A DNA stretch of 64,000 bases from an uncultured bacterium (GCA_964410945.1 CAYPJE010000010.1:15128-79127); one strand, 5' to 3'; positions 50,790 to 60,602 are shown, counted from the stretch's first letter. The notes: generated from the letters alone by a model not told the origin. Program-made: numbers and translations.

Positions 50790-50821
50790 AAAGGTCCGGG
50801 AATATCCTGGACCTTTTTTTT
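50790..50821 (+). terminator. Intrinsic terminator of rpsU
   Basis: AAGGTCCGGGA-ATA-TCCTGGACCTT followed by poly-T. Confidence 0.85.
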
Positions 50822-50853
50822 ATTATACCGCTAATTTCAATCTTATTTTTGGG

Positions 50854-50884
50854 ATGCCATACTTCGACAAGCTCAGTATGACAT
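50854..50884. repeat. REP-like palindromic unit (CTTCGACAAGCTCAG core)
   Basis: ATGCCATACTTCGACAAGCTCAGTATGACAT; related copies at 56164 and 56202. Confidence 0.75.
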
Positions 50885-50927
50885 TTTTGATTTTCTCAAA
50901 ACGATTATAAACACTTAAGGAATAATT

Positions 50928-52265
50928 ATGTTGATTCGCAGTATTTCCGGTGTTCGTGGACTGGTTGATTCCACGCTGACACCCGATGTGGCCCGTGTCT
51001 ACGCCCGTGCCGTCAATGATATGCTACCGGCTGGTGAAATCGTCCTGGGACGTGACAGTCGTCCATCCGGGGCTAATATATTGAAAGCTATTTCGACTGA
51101 ACTGGTCGCCATGGGCCGGCCGGTTTCAGATTGCGGGATTGTTCCAACGCCTACGGTACAGTTTGTTACCGAACACAGTGCTGCAGTTGGTGGTATCATT
51201 GTGACAGCCAGTCATAATCCCATCGAATGGAATGGACTGAAATTTGTCCGGGCCGATGGCACCTTTTTCCTGCCGGATGAATGCCGGGACCTATTCAAAC
51301 GGGTTGATGCCGGCTGTGGTACCCTCCATGTGGCCGAAGCCGGTGAGCGTAATTCCCGGCGTGATGCTATCCGGTGCCATATCGATCATATCCTGGCCCT
51401 GGATTGTATTGATGTTCAAACGATCCGGAATCGCCGCTTCAAGATTGCCATCGATACGGTAAACGGTGCCGGCGCGGAAGCGTTACCGGCCCTGCTGACA
51501 GCTTTAAATTGTGAGGTTGTTCCGCTGTACTGCGAACCGACCGGTGAATTTCTGCGGGGGACCGAGCCCCTGCCGGAGAACCTGAAGGATTTGGGGGATG
51601 CCCTGACTGAAAACAGTGCCGAGGCCGGTTTTGCTGTGGATCCCGACGCGGATCGCCTGGCCGTTGTATCTGAAAAAGGAATTCCGTTAGGTGAGGAAAA
51701 TACTCTGGTTCTCTCCGTGGACGGTTACTGGAAAACCACAGGAAAAGCTGAGCCGATCGTGGTGAATCTTTCCACTACCATGGCACTTGATAAGTTGGCC
51801 GCGGAGTATGGCACCAAAGTGCTGCGTTCCGCCGTTGGAGAAATTAATGTGGTCCAATTGATGCAAACCGTCGGTGCACCCCTGGGCGGAGAGGGTAATG
51901 GAGGGGTGATTTTAAAAGCAGCTCATCTGGGACGCGATTCCCTGGTAGGGGCGGCCATGGTGCTTAATCGCATGGCCCAATCAACGGAGCCGTTGAGTGT
52001 AATAGCCGCATCCCTGCCTCAATTCGTGATTGTAAAGGACAAGGTCGGCCTGGAAGGGGTGGATGTGGATAAATCGCTGGCGGTGGTGCGGGAGGCTTTT
52101 GCCGGTGCTGAGGTCAACACCATCGATGGTGTAAAATTCACCTGGGATGACCGCTGGGTTCACCTGCGCAAATCAAACACCGAACCGATCATGCGCATCT
52201 ATGCCGAGGCGGAGACAGAAATCAAAGCACAGGAATTAGTTAAAAAGGTCAAATCCCTGATTTAG
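50928..52265 (+). CDS. glmM: Alpha-D-phosphohexomutase (phosphoglucosamine mutase-like)
   Basis: GRDSR, TASHNP, DPDADR, GEGNGG, RKSNTEP. Substrate specificity not certain. Confidence 0.75.
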   Translation: MLIRSISGVRGLVDSTLTPDVARVYARAVNDMLPAGEIVLGRDSRPSGANILKAISTELVAMGRPVSDCGIVPTPTVQFVTEHSAAVGGIIVTASHNPIEWNGLKFVRADGTFFLPDECRDLFKRVDAGCGTLHVAEAGERNSRRDAIRCHIDHILALDCIDVQTIRNRRFKIAIDTVNGAGAEALPALLTALNCEVVPLYCEPTGEFLRGTEPLPENLKDLGDALTENSAEAGFAVDPDADRLAVVSEKGIPLGEENTLVLSVDGYWKTTGKAEPIVVNLSTTMALDKLAAEYGTKVLRSAVGEINVVQLMQTVGAPLGGEGNGGVILKAAHLGRDSLVGAAMVLNRMAQSTEPLSVIAASLPQFVIVKDKVGLEGVDVDKSLAVVREAFAGAEVNTIDGVKFTWDDRWVHLRKSNTEPIMRIYAEAETEIKAQELVKKVKSLI

Positions 52266-52324
52266 AAATCTGCGCACCTGGTGCATTGTGGACCTGTGCC
52301 TGAGTGTCTGTCTTACAATTTTTA

Positions 52325-52388
52325 TTGACTTTAAGTCGGGTGACTGTTATTTTTGAACAAATGTTAGTCTATTATGAACATATGTTCA
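52325..52388 (+). promoter_or_regulatory. Sigma70-type promoter with two DeoR-type operators
   Basis: TTGACT(52325)-17bp-TATTTT(52348) with upstream TG; TGAACAAATGTTAG (52354) and perfect palindrome TGAACATATGTTCA (52375). Confidence 0.72.
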
Positions 52389-52398
52389 GTTGTATTTG

Positions 52399-53337
52399 AT
52401 GGATGCTGAAAGAACAGCATTGCTGGTTGAAGCAGCCCGGCTGTATTACGAGCATGGCCTTTCACAGCAACAAGTAGCCCGTAAGCTCGGTGTTTCCCGT
52501 CCCGGAATTTCCCGCCTGCTGCAAACAGCACGCAGGGAAGGTATAGTAAAAATCACGATCAATGATCCCACTACACGTGGTACGCGGCAGGAAAAAGAAT
52601 TAACTGAAAAATATGGGTTGAAGCAGGTTGTTGTTGTACCAGACAATGGTGAACCATACCCGGTAATTCAGAAACGCCTTGGTCTGGCGACGGCTAATTT
52701 TTTGGATCAAATTGTCGTAGATAAGATGGTGTTGGGCATTTCATGGGGTACGACGATGCAGGAAGTTGCCCGGCAGATCAGTGGTAGATCGGTTAAATCG
52801 ATGACCGTTGTTCAATTGAATGGTGGAATTTCCAGGGCCGAATATGATACCAACGCCAGTGAAATTGCTAAGTCGATCAGTGAGAAATTCGGTGCAATAC
52901 CATTCCTGCTTCCGTTACCGGCAATTGTTGATAGTAAAAGCGTCAAAGATGCAATTATTTCTGATCGCAATATTGCCCGTACACTTGATTTGGCACGTCA
53001 GGCAAGTGTTGCTGTATTTACTGTTGGATCATTTGGTCACCTGTCCGTCCTGGTAAAAGCGGAATATTTCGAATCAGCCGAAGTAGATGATTTACTGCAA
53101 CAGGGTGCTGTGGGGGATATCTGCTCCAGGATTATTAATAACCGGGGAAGAATCTGTTCTTCCGGCCTTGACCAGCGTACGATTGGAATCAGCCTGGAAG
53201 AAATCATCGAAAAACCACATTCAATCGCCGTAGCCGGTGGCCAACGTAAATTAGCCGCTATCAAAGCCGGTTTAAAAGGACGATTATTTAACACATTGAT
53301 TACTGACGAAGGAGTCGCAGCACAGCTATTGTCATAG
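52399..53337 (+). CDS. SorC/DeoR (Bacillus-type) sugar-binding repressor
   Basis: [30 protein letters not shown]; GISWGTT, VQLNGG, GAVGDI, LITDE. Confidence 0.92.
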   Translation: MDAERTALLVEAARLYYEHGLSQQQVARKLGVSRPGISRLLQTARREGIVKITINDPTTRGTRQEKELTEKYGLKQVVVVPDNGEPYPVIQKRLGLATANFLDQIVVDKMVLGISWGTTMQEVARQISGRSVKSMTVVQLNGGISRAEYDTNASEIAKSISEKFGAIPFLLPLPAIVDSKSVKDAIISDRNIARTLDLARQASVAVFTVGSFGHLSVLVKAEYFESAEVDDLLQQGAVGDICSRIINNRGRICSSGLDQRTIGISLEEIIEKPHSIAVAGGQRKLAAIKAGLKGRLFNTLITDEGVAAQLLS

Positions 53338-53375
53338 GATTGATAAAAGACTGGAATCAGCTGGAATTATTTAAA

Positions 53376-54785
53376 ATGAGCAATATTAAAAAACTAAAGA
53401 TAGCAGTTGGGGCCGACCATGGTGGCGTTAGCCTTAAAGACCAACTACAGAAATTTTTAACCGATCGTGGTGTTCAGACAATTGATTGTGGGACCAACAG
53501 TAACGCCGCGGTGGATTATCCGCAGTTTGCCCTGGCAGTTGCCCGGAAAGTCGCTTCAGGTGAAGCTGATTTTGGTATCATGGTAGATGGAGCCGGGATT
53601 GGCTCAGCCATGACGGCCAATAAGGTTCCAGGAGTTCGGGCGGCACTGTGCTATGATGTCTCGACGGCCAGAAACGCCCGGGAACATAATGATGCCCGTG
53701 TACTGACGCTGGGTGCTGGTCTTATCGGGACTGATCTGGCCCGGCAGATTGTAGATATTTTTATTACCACCGGATGTACGGCTGAACGACATCTGCGCCG
53801 GGTGCAGATGATAATGGATATTGAAAAACAGCCCGATATTGAATTTAAAATGCCGGAACCCGTAATACCAACAATGTCCGATGAAAAGGGATTGAATGAT
53901 GTTGATTTAGCCCGGATCACTGAAAAGGTTCAGGAACTGTTGAAACAATCGGGGCTGACCCTCTCCAAAGCCGGTGAACTGCTGCCAGCGGCAGGTGATT
54001 ATGCCCGGGGTAACCGGATGGTGAAGCAACCCGAGGCGGTCCGCAAATTCATGGATTTTGGTGTTGAACGGGTAGCATATCACAATGGCACCGGCTGTGA
54101 AAAAGTGCCTGAAGACATTGCCCGTTGTATCGACCATACTGTTTTAAAACCGGATGCCACGGAAACTGATATAAAAAAATTATGTGGTGAAGCCCGTGAA
54201 TTTCAGTTTGCCACGGTCTGTGTCAGCCCTAGTTATGTCAGGCTGTCGGCTGATGAGCTGGATGGATCGGATGTGAAAGTTTGTACCGTGGTTGGTTTTC
54301 CCTCTGGCGCCCATGCTCCGGAGATCAAAGCCATGGAAACCCGTCAGGCTATTCGTGATGGCGCCAGGGAAATTGATATGGTTATCAATATAGGTGCTTT
54401 GAAAAGCGGCAATGATGACCTGGTATACCGCGATATTCGTGCCGTTTGCGAAGCCTGTGAAGATGGCAGTGCCACCAGCAAGGTGATCATTGAAGCCGCT
54501 TTGCTTACCGATGATGAGAAAGTGCGGGCCTGTGAGTTGTCCAAGAAAGCGCGTGCCAATTACGTCAAGACATCGACCGGGTTTGGCCCTGGTGGTGCCA
54601 CTGCTGAAGATGTTGCTCTGATGAGCAGTGTGGTGCGGGGAGCGGGAATCGGTGTCAAGGCGGCCGGTGGTATCAGGAATTATGAAGATGCCCGTAAGAT
54701 GGTTGAAGCGGGAGCAACCCGCATCGGCGCCAGTGCCAGCATTGGTATTGTAAAAGGTGCCAAGGAAACAACAATTTCGAATTAA
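53376..54785 (+). CDS. deoC: Fused RpiB/LacAB-type isomerase and deoxyribose-phosphate aldolase, BMC cargo
   Basis: N-part [33 protein letters not shown]; C-part [39 protein letters not shown]. Confidence 0.93.
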   Translation: MSNIKKLKIAVGADHGGVSLKDQLQKFLTDRGVQTIDCGTNSNAAVDYPQFALAVARKVASGEADFGIMVDGAGIGSAMTANKVPGVRAALCYDVSTARNAREHNDARVLTLGAGLIGTDLARQIVDIFITTGCTAERHLRRVQMIMDIEKQPDIEFKMPEPVIPTMSDEKGLNDVDLARITEKVQELLKQSGLTLSKAGELLPAAGDYARGNRMVKQPEAVRKFMDFGVERVAYHNGTGCEKVPEDIARCIDHTVLKPDATETDIKKLCGEAREFQFATVCVSPSYVRLSADELDGSDVKVCTVVGFPSGAHAPEIKAMETRQAIRDGAREIDMVINIGALKSGNDDLVYRDIRAVCEACEDGSATSKVIIEAALLTDDEKVRACELSKKARANYVKTSTGFGPGGATAEDVALMSSVVRGAGIGVKAAGGIRNYEDARKMVEAGATRIGASASIGIVKGAKETTISN

Positions 54786-54802
54786 GTTGAAGGAGTAGGA
54801 TA

Positions 54803-55426
54803 GTGGTCGATTTACGCGCTTATGTTTTTCTGGACAGTATTCAGCCCCAGTATGCTGCATTTCTTGGTACGGTGGCTAAAGGTTTTTTACCGATTGCGGG
54901 TATGGCATCGCTCTATGTGGAAATTTCACCGGGGATTGAAATTAACCGGATCACCGATATTGCCCTGAAATCCACCAATGTCACACCGGGAATGCAAATC
55001 GTTGAACGTCTGTTCGGAATGCTTGAAATTCACTCTGAATCCCAGGCCGATGTCCGTCAGGCCGGGCAGGCTATCCTGGATGCCCTTGATCTAAAAGAGG
55101 AACAGCGCTGGAAACCAAAAATTTACTCCCAGCAGGTGATTCGTCATATTGATGATCACCAGACCCAGTTGATCAATCGTATGCGGCATGGTAATATGAT
55201 CGTTCCCGGTGAAACGATGTTTGTGATGGAAGTGCAGCCGGCGGCTTATGCGGCCCTGGCGGCCAACGAGGCGGAAAAAGCGGCGGAGATCAATATTCTG
55301 GAAGTCCGGACTTTCGGTAGTTTTGGCCGCATCTACCTGGGTGGTGCCGAACGGGATATCGATGTTGGCTGGCGTGCCGCTGTAAAATGCATCGAAGAGA
55401 TGTCTGGAATCGAGAAAGAAAAATAA
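54803..55426 (+). CDS. BMC-T shell protein, permuted dimerising (CcmP/Tdp) type
   Basis: [59 protein letters not shown]. Confidence 0.92.
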   Translation: MVDLRAYVFLDSIQPQYAAFLGTVAKGFLPIAGMASLYVEISPGIEINRITDIALKSTNVTPGMQIVERLFGMLEIHSESQADVRQAGQAILDALDLKEEQRWKPKIYSQQVIRHIDDHQTQLINRMRHGNMIVPGETMFVMEVQPAAYAALAANEAEKAAEINILEVRTFGSFGRIYLGGAERDIDVGWRAAVKCIEEMSGIEKEK

Positions 55427-55438
55427 TTGAAAATAAAA

Positions 55439-55494
55439 AACACAGACAGACTCCGGATTTAATAAATCAGTTGAATCTGTGTAATCCGTGGTTT
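55439..55494. repeat. Degenerate intergenic palindrome (CACAGA..AATCTGTGTAATCCGTGG type)
   Basis: Imperfect inverted repeat between BMC-T and BMC-H. Confidence 0.4.
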
Positions 55495-55526
55495 AAAAAA
55501 AATCTTAATTCACTGGAGGAAATAAA

Positions 55527-55835
55527 ATGGCAGAAGCACTAGGAATGATCGAAACGCGCAGCTTTCCCGCTGTCGTTGAAGCCGCCGATGCAATGGTAAA
55601 AGCGGCCAAGGTCGAATTAGTGTCATACGAAAAAACCGGTGGCGGTTATGTCTCGGCTATCGTCCGGGGTGATGTGGCTGCTGTAAAAGCTGCTTGTGAT
55701 GCCGGTAAAGCCGGCGCCGCACGCGTTGGTGAAATCGTAGCTGTACACGTGATCGCACGTCCCCACAGTAATGTGGATGCGGTAATGCCCATCGGACGCG
55801 GTGACAAACCCAAAGCTCCACTTACCGAGGATTAA
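55527..55835 (+). CDS. BMC-H hexamer shell protein
   Basis: [34 protein letters not shown]; GGAGG RBS. Confidence 0.97.
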   Translation: MAEALGMIETRSFPAVVEAADAMVKAAKVELVSYEKTGGGYVSAIVRGDVAAVKAACDAGKAGAARVGEIVAVHVIARPHSNVDAVMPIGRGDKPKAPLTED

Positions 55836-55850
55836 TCCCCGGGAGGTAAT

Positions 55851-56150
55851 ATGGTTCTGGCACAAGTAGTGGGTACCTTGGTAGCCACGGAAAAAGAACA
55901 GAGCTTAGAGGGTCTGAAATTCCTCATGCTTCAGAATATTGATCTGGATGGTAAACCCAGCGGCGACTTTGTTGTCGCCGCTGATGCCGTCCATGCTGGA
56001 GTCGGGGAAATGGTTCTCTATGCCAGCGGAAGTTCTGCCCGCCAGACGGTAATGACCGATAAGCGTCCCTGTGATGCCGTGGTCATGGCCATCGTGGACA
56101 ACTGGGAGGTGGACGGAAAAATCCGCTATAAAAAAGGGATTAATGATTAG
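55851..56150 (+). CDS. BMC-P pentamer (EutN/CcmL family)
   Basis: [36 protein letters not shown]. Confidence 0.95.
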   Translation: MVLAQVVGTLVATEKEQSLEGLKFLMLQNIDLDGKPSGDFVVAADAVHAGVGEMVLYASGSSARQTVMTDKRPCDAVVMAIVDNWEVDGKIRYKKGIND

Positions 56151-56251
56151 CTGAGGGTATTACTGTCATGCTGAGCATGTCGAAGTATGACATTGTTCAT
56201 ACACCCTTCGACGAGCTCAGGGTGACACAATCATTTCAGCCTCAGCTAATC
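56145..56251. repeat. Composite REP/REPIN-like element inside the BMC operon
   Basis: Outer IR GATTAGCTGAGG/CCTCAGCTAATC encloses two inverted CTTCGAC..GCTCAG units. Confidence 0.75.
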
Positions 56252-56270
56252 TTCACCCAGAGGAATTGCT

Positions 56271-57725
56271 ATGTCACAGTTAACCCGGGAACAGGTTGAT
56301 CGCATTGCGGCCCAGCTGGTAAAAAATTTTACCGGCGCCACTACCGGTAAATCATCCGGAGCAAGTATTGACGCTGTCTCATCGGAAGTGGAATCCACTG
56401 GTTTGGGTAGTTTCGCAACCATTGATCTAGCGGTGGCAGCCGCAACTAAAGCACAGGCTCAGCTGGATGACATGTCGCTTTCCAAGCGTGATGATATCAT
56501 CGCCAATATTCGCCGGGTAATGCTGGCGCATAATGCCGATCTGGCTGAACGCGCCCATCGGGAAACCGGTCTGGGGCGGGTGGCTGATAAAATCATTAAG
56601 AATAAACTGGTCATTGAAAAGACCCCGGGTACGGAAATTCTGGAGCCCTGGGCCAAGACCGGTGACCATGGACTAACCTTACTTGAACATGCTCCTTACG
56701 GAGTCATTGGCGCCATCACGCCCTGTACCAATCCGACTTCAACGATAATCTGTAATGCAATCGGTATGCTGGCAGCCGGGAATTCAGTGGTATTCAATGT
56801 TCACCCAACGGCAAAAAATGTCAGCGTCTACAATGTGGAATTACTGAATCAGGCCATTGTCGAGGCCGGCGGACCGGTAAACCTGGTAACCACGATTGCC
56901 AGCCCGACTATCGCCAGCGCCCAGGAATTGATGGTCCATCCCGGGGTTCGTTTGCTGGTAGTGACTGGTGGGGCTGCAGTGGTTAAAGCAGCCATGACCA
57001 GCGGGAAACGGGCCGTGTGTGCCGGACCGGGGAATCCGCCGGTGGTAGTTGACGAAACTGCTGATATTGAAAAAGCCGCCCGCAGTATTGTTCAGGGTGC
57101 TTCCATGGACAATAATCTGATCTGTATCCTGGAAAAAGAGATTATTGTAGTAGAGGCGGTTGCCAACCAGCTACTGACCGCCCTGATTCGCCATAATGCC
57201 TATGTACTTAAAGAGCATGAAGTAAAGGAACTTGAGTCGGTAATCTTCACCGGGCAAAATGGACCGCGCCGGCCGGCGGTGATGAATAAGGATTTAATTG
57301 GTAAAAACGTCCAGGAAATCCTGGCTGAAATCCGTATAAAAGTAGATGATAATATCCGTCTGGCAATTGCGCCGGTGGATGAAAACCATCCATTGGTGTG
57401 GACCGAACAGATGATGCCGGTAATTCCGATGGTAACGGTGGCGGATGCCAATCAGGCTATCGATCTGGCCCGGGAAGCGGAGCATGGTTTCGGGCATACC
57501 GCCATGATGCATTCCCGCAATTTGGATAATCTGAGTCGTATGGCCCGGGTGATGAATTGCAGTATTTTTGTTAAGAATGGCCCATCGCTGGCCGGACTGG
57601 GTTTTAATGGCGAAGGTTATTGCTCCTTTTCAATCGCCAGCCCCACAGGTGAGGGTATCACCAATCCACGCAGTTTTTCTCGGGAACGGCGTTGTGTACT
57701 GGTCGATCATTTTAGAATAGTATAA
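56271..57725 (+). CDS. CoA-acylating aldehyde dehydrogenase (EutE/PduP family) with N-terminal encapsulation peptide
   Basis: APYGVIGAITPCTNP, VTGG, AGPGNPPVVVDETADI, DNNLICILEKE, EQMMP, HTAMMHS, PTGEG. Confidence 0.95.
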   Translation: MSQLTREQVDRIAAQLVKNFTGATTGKSSGASIDAVSSEVESTGLGSFATIDLAVAAATKAQAQLDDMSLSKRDDIIANIRRVMLAHNADLAERAHRETGLGRVADKIIKNKLVIEKTPGTEILEPWAKTGDHGLTLLEHAPYGVIGAITPCTNPTSTIICNAIGMLAAGNSVVFNVHPTAKNVSVYNVELLNQAIVEAGGPVNLVTTIASPTIASAQELMVHPGVRLLVVTGGAAVVKAAMTSGKRAVCAGPGNPPVVVDETADIEKAARSIVQGASMDNNLICILEKEIIVVEAVANQLLTALIRHNAYVLKEHEVKELESVIFTGQNGPRRPAVMNKDLIGKNVQEILAEIRIKVDDNIRLAIAPVDENHPLVWTEQMMPVIPMVTVADANQAIDLAREAEHGFGHTAMMHSRNLDNLSRMARVMNCSIFVKNGPSLAGLGFNGEGYCSFSIASPTGEGITNPRSFSRERRCVLVDHFRIV

Positions 57726-57742
57726 TCAGTAATGAGTAATTA

Positions 57743-58507
57743 GTGATGAGTGAGAAGAAACCAACTCCAGGAGAATTGCGGCGCCGGAAGGCCACAGCTA
57801 AGCGGGCTAGTTTGGAATCAGAGACCCAACCGGAAGTAAAAGCAGTGGAACCACCTGCTGACAGCCCGGCAGTACCTGAACCTGTAAGAAAAACGTTGCA
57901 AACGCGCTATCCGGCAATTGCGCTGCTGGAATACTCCAGTGTTACTGCCGGTATTTTTTGTGCTGATGCAATGATTAAAAAAGCACCAATAAAGGTCATT
58001 AAATCAGGGACGGTTCATAATGGTAAGTTTCTGGTGCTGATTGGTGGCAGCGTTGGAGCGGTAGAGGAAGCATATTCAACCGGCCTGGATGCCAGTGGTC
58101 GTACGGCACTGGTGGATCATGTGATACTACCCCGTGTGGCCAATCAGGTTCATGATGCGGTTCTGGGAGCCCGTAAGACTTGTCAACCTAGCGCCCTGGG
58201 GATTATGGAAACATTTACCTCGGCGGCTACAATTAAATCGACCGATGCCGGTGTCAAGGGTGCCGTGGTTGATTTGATCGAATTGCGTCTGTCTGACGAT
58301 CTGGGTGGCAAGGCCTTCGCCATTTTCAATGGCGACCTGTTTGAAGTGGAGGCCGCTATGCGAATTGCCCGGGAAGCCTGCACCAGCGAAAACAATTGGT
58401 TGCGGGAAACGATTATTCCCAACCTTCATCCGGAGATGGCACAGCAAGTGGATAATACCACTTATTTTTCCAAAGCCCGGCTGGATAAACTGGCGGAAAG
58501 CGAATGA
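57743..58507 (+). CDS. BMC-T shell protein (tandem, single-layer type) with long N-terminal extension
   Basis: Two BMC domains (IALLEYSSVTAGIFCADAMIKKA; LGIMETFTSAATIKSTDAGVKGA..LGGKA..IIPNLH). Confidence 0.9.
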   Translation: MMSEKKPTPGELRRRKATAKRASLESETQPEVKAVEPPADSPAVPEPVRKTLQTRYPAIALLEYSSVTAGIFCADAMIKKAPIKVIKSGTVHNGKFLVLIGGSVGAVEEAYSTGLDASGRTALVDHVILPRVANQVHDAVLGARKTCQPSALGIMETFTSAATIKSTDAGVKGAVVDLIELRLSDDLGGKAFAIFNGDLFEVEAAMRIAREACTSENNWLRETIIPNLHPEMAQQVDNTTYFSKARLDKLAESE

Positions 58508-58788
58508 AGCTGGGTAGAATAATCGGAACGCTAACCCCCTGCGCGGTTTACGATGGGCTGGAAGGTGTGCCAATGCTGGTGATGCAACCGCTGGATAAAT
58601 ACCAGCAGCCAATTAAAGAACCGGTGATTGCCGCTGACAGTACCCGTATGGCGGGACCGGGCGAACTGGTGTATTATGAAAGTAGCCGCGAGGCCGCCCT
58701 GGCCATGGATCCCTGGTTTGTACCGGTAGATCATGCCATTGTAGGCCTTGTGGATAAAGTCGAACTATACAAGCCGGAGGAAGTATGA
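58504..58788 (+). CDS. BMC-P pentamer (EutN/CcmL family)
   Basis: MKLGRIIGT..AGPGELV..SREAA..PVDHAIVGLVD. Confidence 0.92.
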   Translation: MKLGRIIGTLTPCAVYDGLEGVPMLVMQPLDKYQQPIKEPVIAADSTRMAGPGELVYYESSREAALAMDPWFVPVDHAIVGLVDKVELYKPEEV

Positions 58789-59057
58789 TTCTCGGTCGTG
58801 TCTGCGGAACAATCCATTCCACCATCAATCATAAGTTTTATGAGAACCGGCGTTTGCTGGTGGTGGATAAACTGGGAATGGATGGTCAACCTACCGGGGA
58901 TTATCTGATTGCCGTGGACTGGGTTGACAGTGGTGCCGGTGAAACGGTGCTGGTGGTCGATGAAGGCAACTCTGCCCGCCAGGTGGTCGATGATCCCAAC
59001 GGCCCGATCCGGTCAATTATTGTCGGTGTGGTGGATAAGGTGGAGGTAAAAGAATAA
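58785..59057 (+). CDS. BMC-P pentamer (EutN/CcmL family)
   Basis: MILGRVCGT..AVDWVDSGAGETVLV.DEGNSAR..IVGVVD. Confidence 0.92.
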   Translation: MILGRVCGTIHSTINHKFYENRRLLVVDKLGMDGQPTGDYLIAVDWVDSGAGETVLVVDEGNSARQVVDDPNGPIRSIIVGVVDKVEVKE

Positions 59058-59116
59058 ATTACTATTTATCCACTCAGTAGTATGACTACTTCTGGATTTT
59101 TCTTTATTGTCGTGTT

Positions 59117-59677
59117 TTAATTTTCCTTGTAGGCGTATTTCTCTATCATTCCTGAATGCATATGGATTTTACCGTTAACCGGTATAACCATTAATTCGTA
59201 TTTTATTTCATTTTCTATTATTAGGTAGGGAAATTCGAAATACAATACAATGTCATCGACTTTACCATTTTTTTTGACAGATAGTTGTTTATCTATAATT
59301 GAAAGGGTTGAATCACGTGTAGCTAAAGCAGGTCCAAAAGGTATATCATAAAATAGATTATCGATTTTTGGTGAATATGGAATCCATTCGGACCATATTC
59401 CACCAATAAAAATTCTTAACTGTACATCTAATATATCTGTTCCAGGACCTTTTACCGCTGCAGTAAACCACATTCGGATTATTACTTTTTCTAAAGGGAT
59501 AACCTTTCCCTGTCTTTTTGCTTCCAGATCATTTCTGGGATGAAACATATTCCTGTTATTGGTATCATCAGGTATTATTGATAATCTTGGTCTTTCTAAC
59601 CACCACTTAGTTAATATGCCAAAGATATAGGTTATAATTGGTATTGCAATCTGTATGATTGGATTACACTCTTTCAT
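59117..59677 (-). CDS. AT-rich hypothetical protein with N-terminal TM
   Basis: AGGAGG RBS; single hydrophobic segment followed by RPRLSI. Confidence 0.7.
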   Translation of the reverse strand: MKECNPIIQIAIPIITYIFGILTKWWLERPRLSIIPDDTNNRNMFHPRNDLEAKRQGKVIPLEKVIIRMWFTAAVKGPGTDILDVQLRIFIGGIWSEWIPYSPKIDNLFYDIPFGPALATRDSTLSIIDKQLSVKKNGKVDDIVLYFEFPYLIIENEIKYELMVIPVNGKIHMHSGMIEKYAYKEN

Positions 59678-59750
59678 TTTATCCTCCTTGGTTGGTTTGG
59701 TAATTATTCACGAATGATATATACTTGATATCACAATATGTGATTTCAAG

Positions 59751-60602
59751 TTAATCGGTTAATTCATAAAGGATATTGGTGAATGATTGTAACCGGTTTA
59801 ATTCCGGGCGTTCGGTATCGTCATTTAGAAATAATTTCTGTGCTTCGATAACCAGGCGCAGTTTGCGCACCATTGTCAGGAATTCCAGATGATCGGTTTC
59901 AGCCTGGGTTTTGCGGGTAGTTGCCTTAACTTTTTCCACCTCGGCCAGTGTTTTGGCGATCCGGGCGGCGACTTCCTCGTTTTCCAGACCGGATTTTTTA
60001 AGACGATCCTTCATAGCAGCAATTGATTTGCTTAAAATATCCTGAGCCTCTTCTCTTACGGTTGTTCCGCGCTTAACATCAATAACCGAATCTAGTACAT
60101 TGCCGATGGCCAATCCGATCTTAGGGCGGATTTCCTGCATCAATGTGTCGAATCGCTGGTTTATTTCGGTCGGTTTGGTTATTGACGGTTTTGGTAATTG
60201 GCCTTTTAAACCAGTGATAGCATGTTGTTGGAAAATAATCTCACGCATTTCAACAAAAGCTCGGATCACAAAAACACTTACCTTATTGGCTAATTCTGAA
60301 CGCAAAACGTTGGCAGCTTGCAATACTCCAAATTCCGTAAACGCAAAAGGAGGATACCTTCGGCCTCCACGCCCTTTGTTTGAGGTCGCAAAATGCGACC
60401 TCAAAGATATTTCTTCTCTAGAAGTCAATTGAAAACAAAAATCTGATGGAAATTTATCTAAATTTCTTTTAATCTGTTCGTTAAGTCTTTTTGTTGTAAC
60501 CCCATAAATTACAGCTAAATCAGTGTCGATGATAACCGGTTGGTTGCGAATAACTGTAATAACATTTTTTGTTGCCTGGATTATTTCAATTTCAGGTTTC
60601 AT
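59751..60602 (-). CDS. ORF6N (KilA-N-like) DNA-binding domain protein with coiled-coil C-terminus
   Basis: IRNQPVIIDTDLAVIYGVTTKRLNEQIKRNLDKFPSDFCFQLT..LRSHFATS..GGRRYPPFAFTEFG. Confidence 0.92.
   Translation of the reverse strand: MKPEIEIIQATKNVITVIRNQPVIIDTDLAVIYGVTTKRLNEQIKRNLDKFPSDFCFQLTSREEISLRSHFATSNKGRGGRRYPPFAFTEFGVLQAANVLRSELANKVSVFVIRAFVEMREIIFQQHAITGLKGQLPKPSITKPTEINQRFDTLMQEIRPKIGLAIGNVLDSVIDVKRGTTVREEAQDILSKSIAAMKDRLKKSGLENEEVAARIAKTLAEVEKVKATTRKTQAETDHLEFLTMVRKLRLVIEAQKLFLNDDTERPELNRLQSFTNILYELTD

Noticed and set aside
54180-54860. 226-aa - strand ORF
   Set aside because: Antisense to deoC, no motifs
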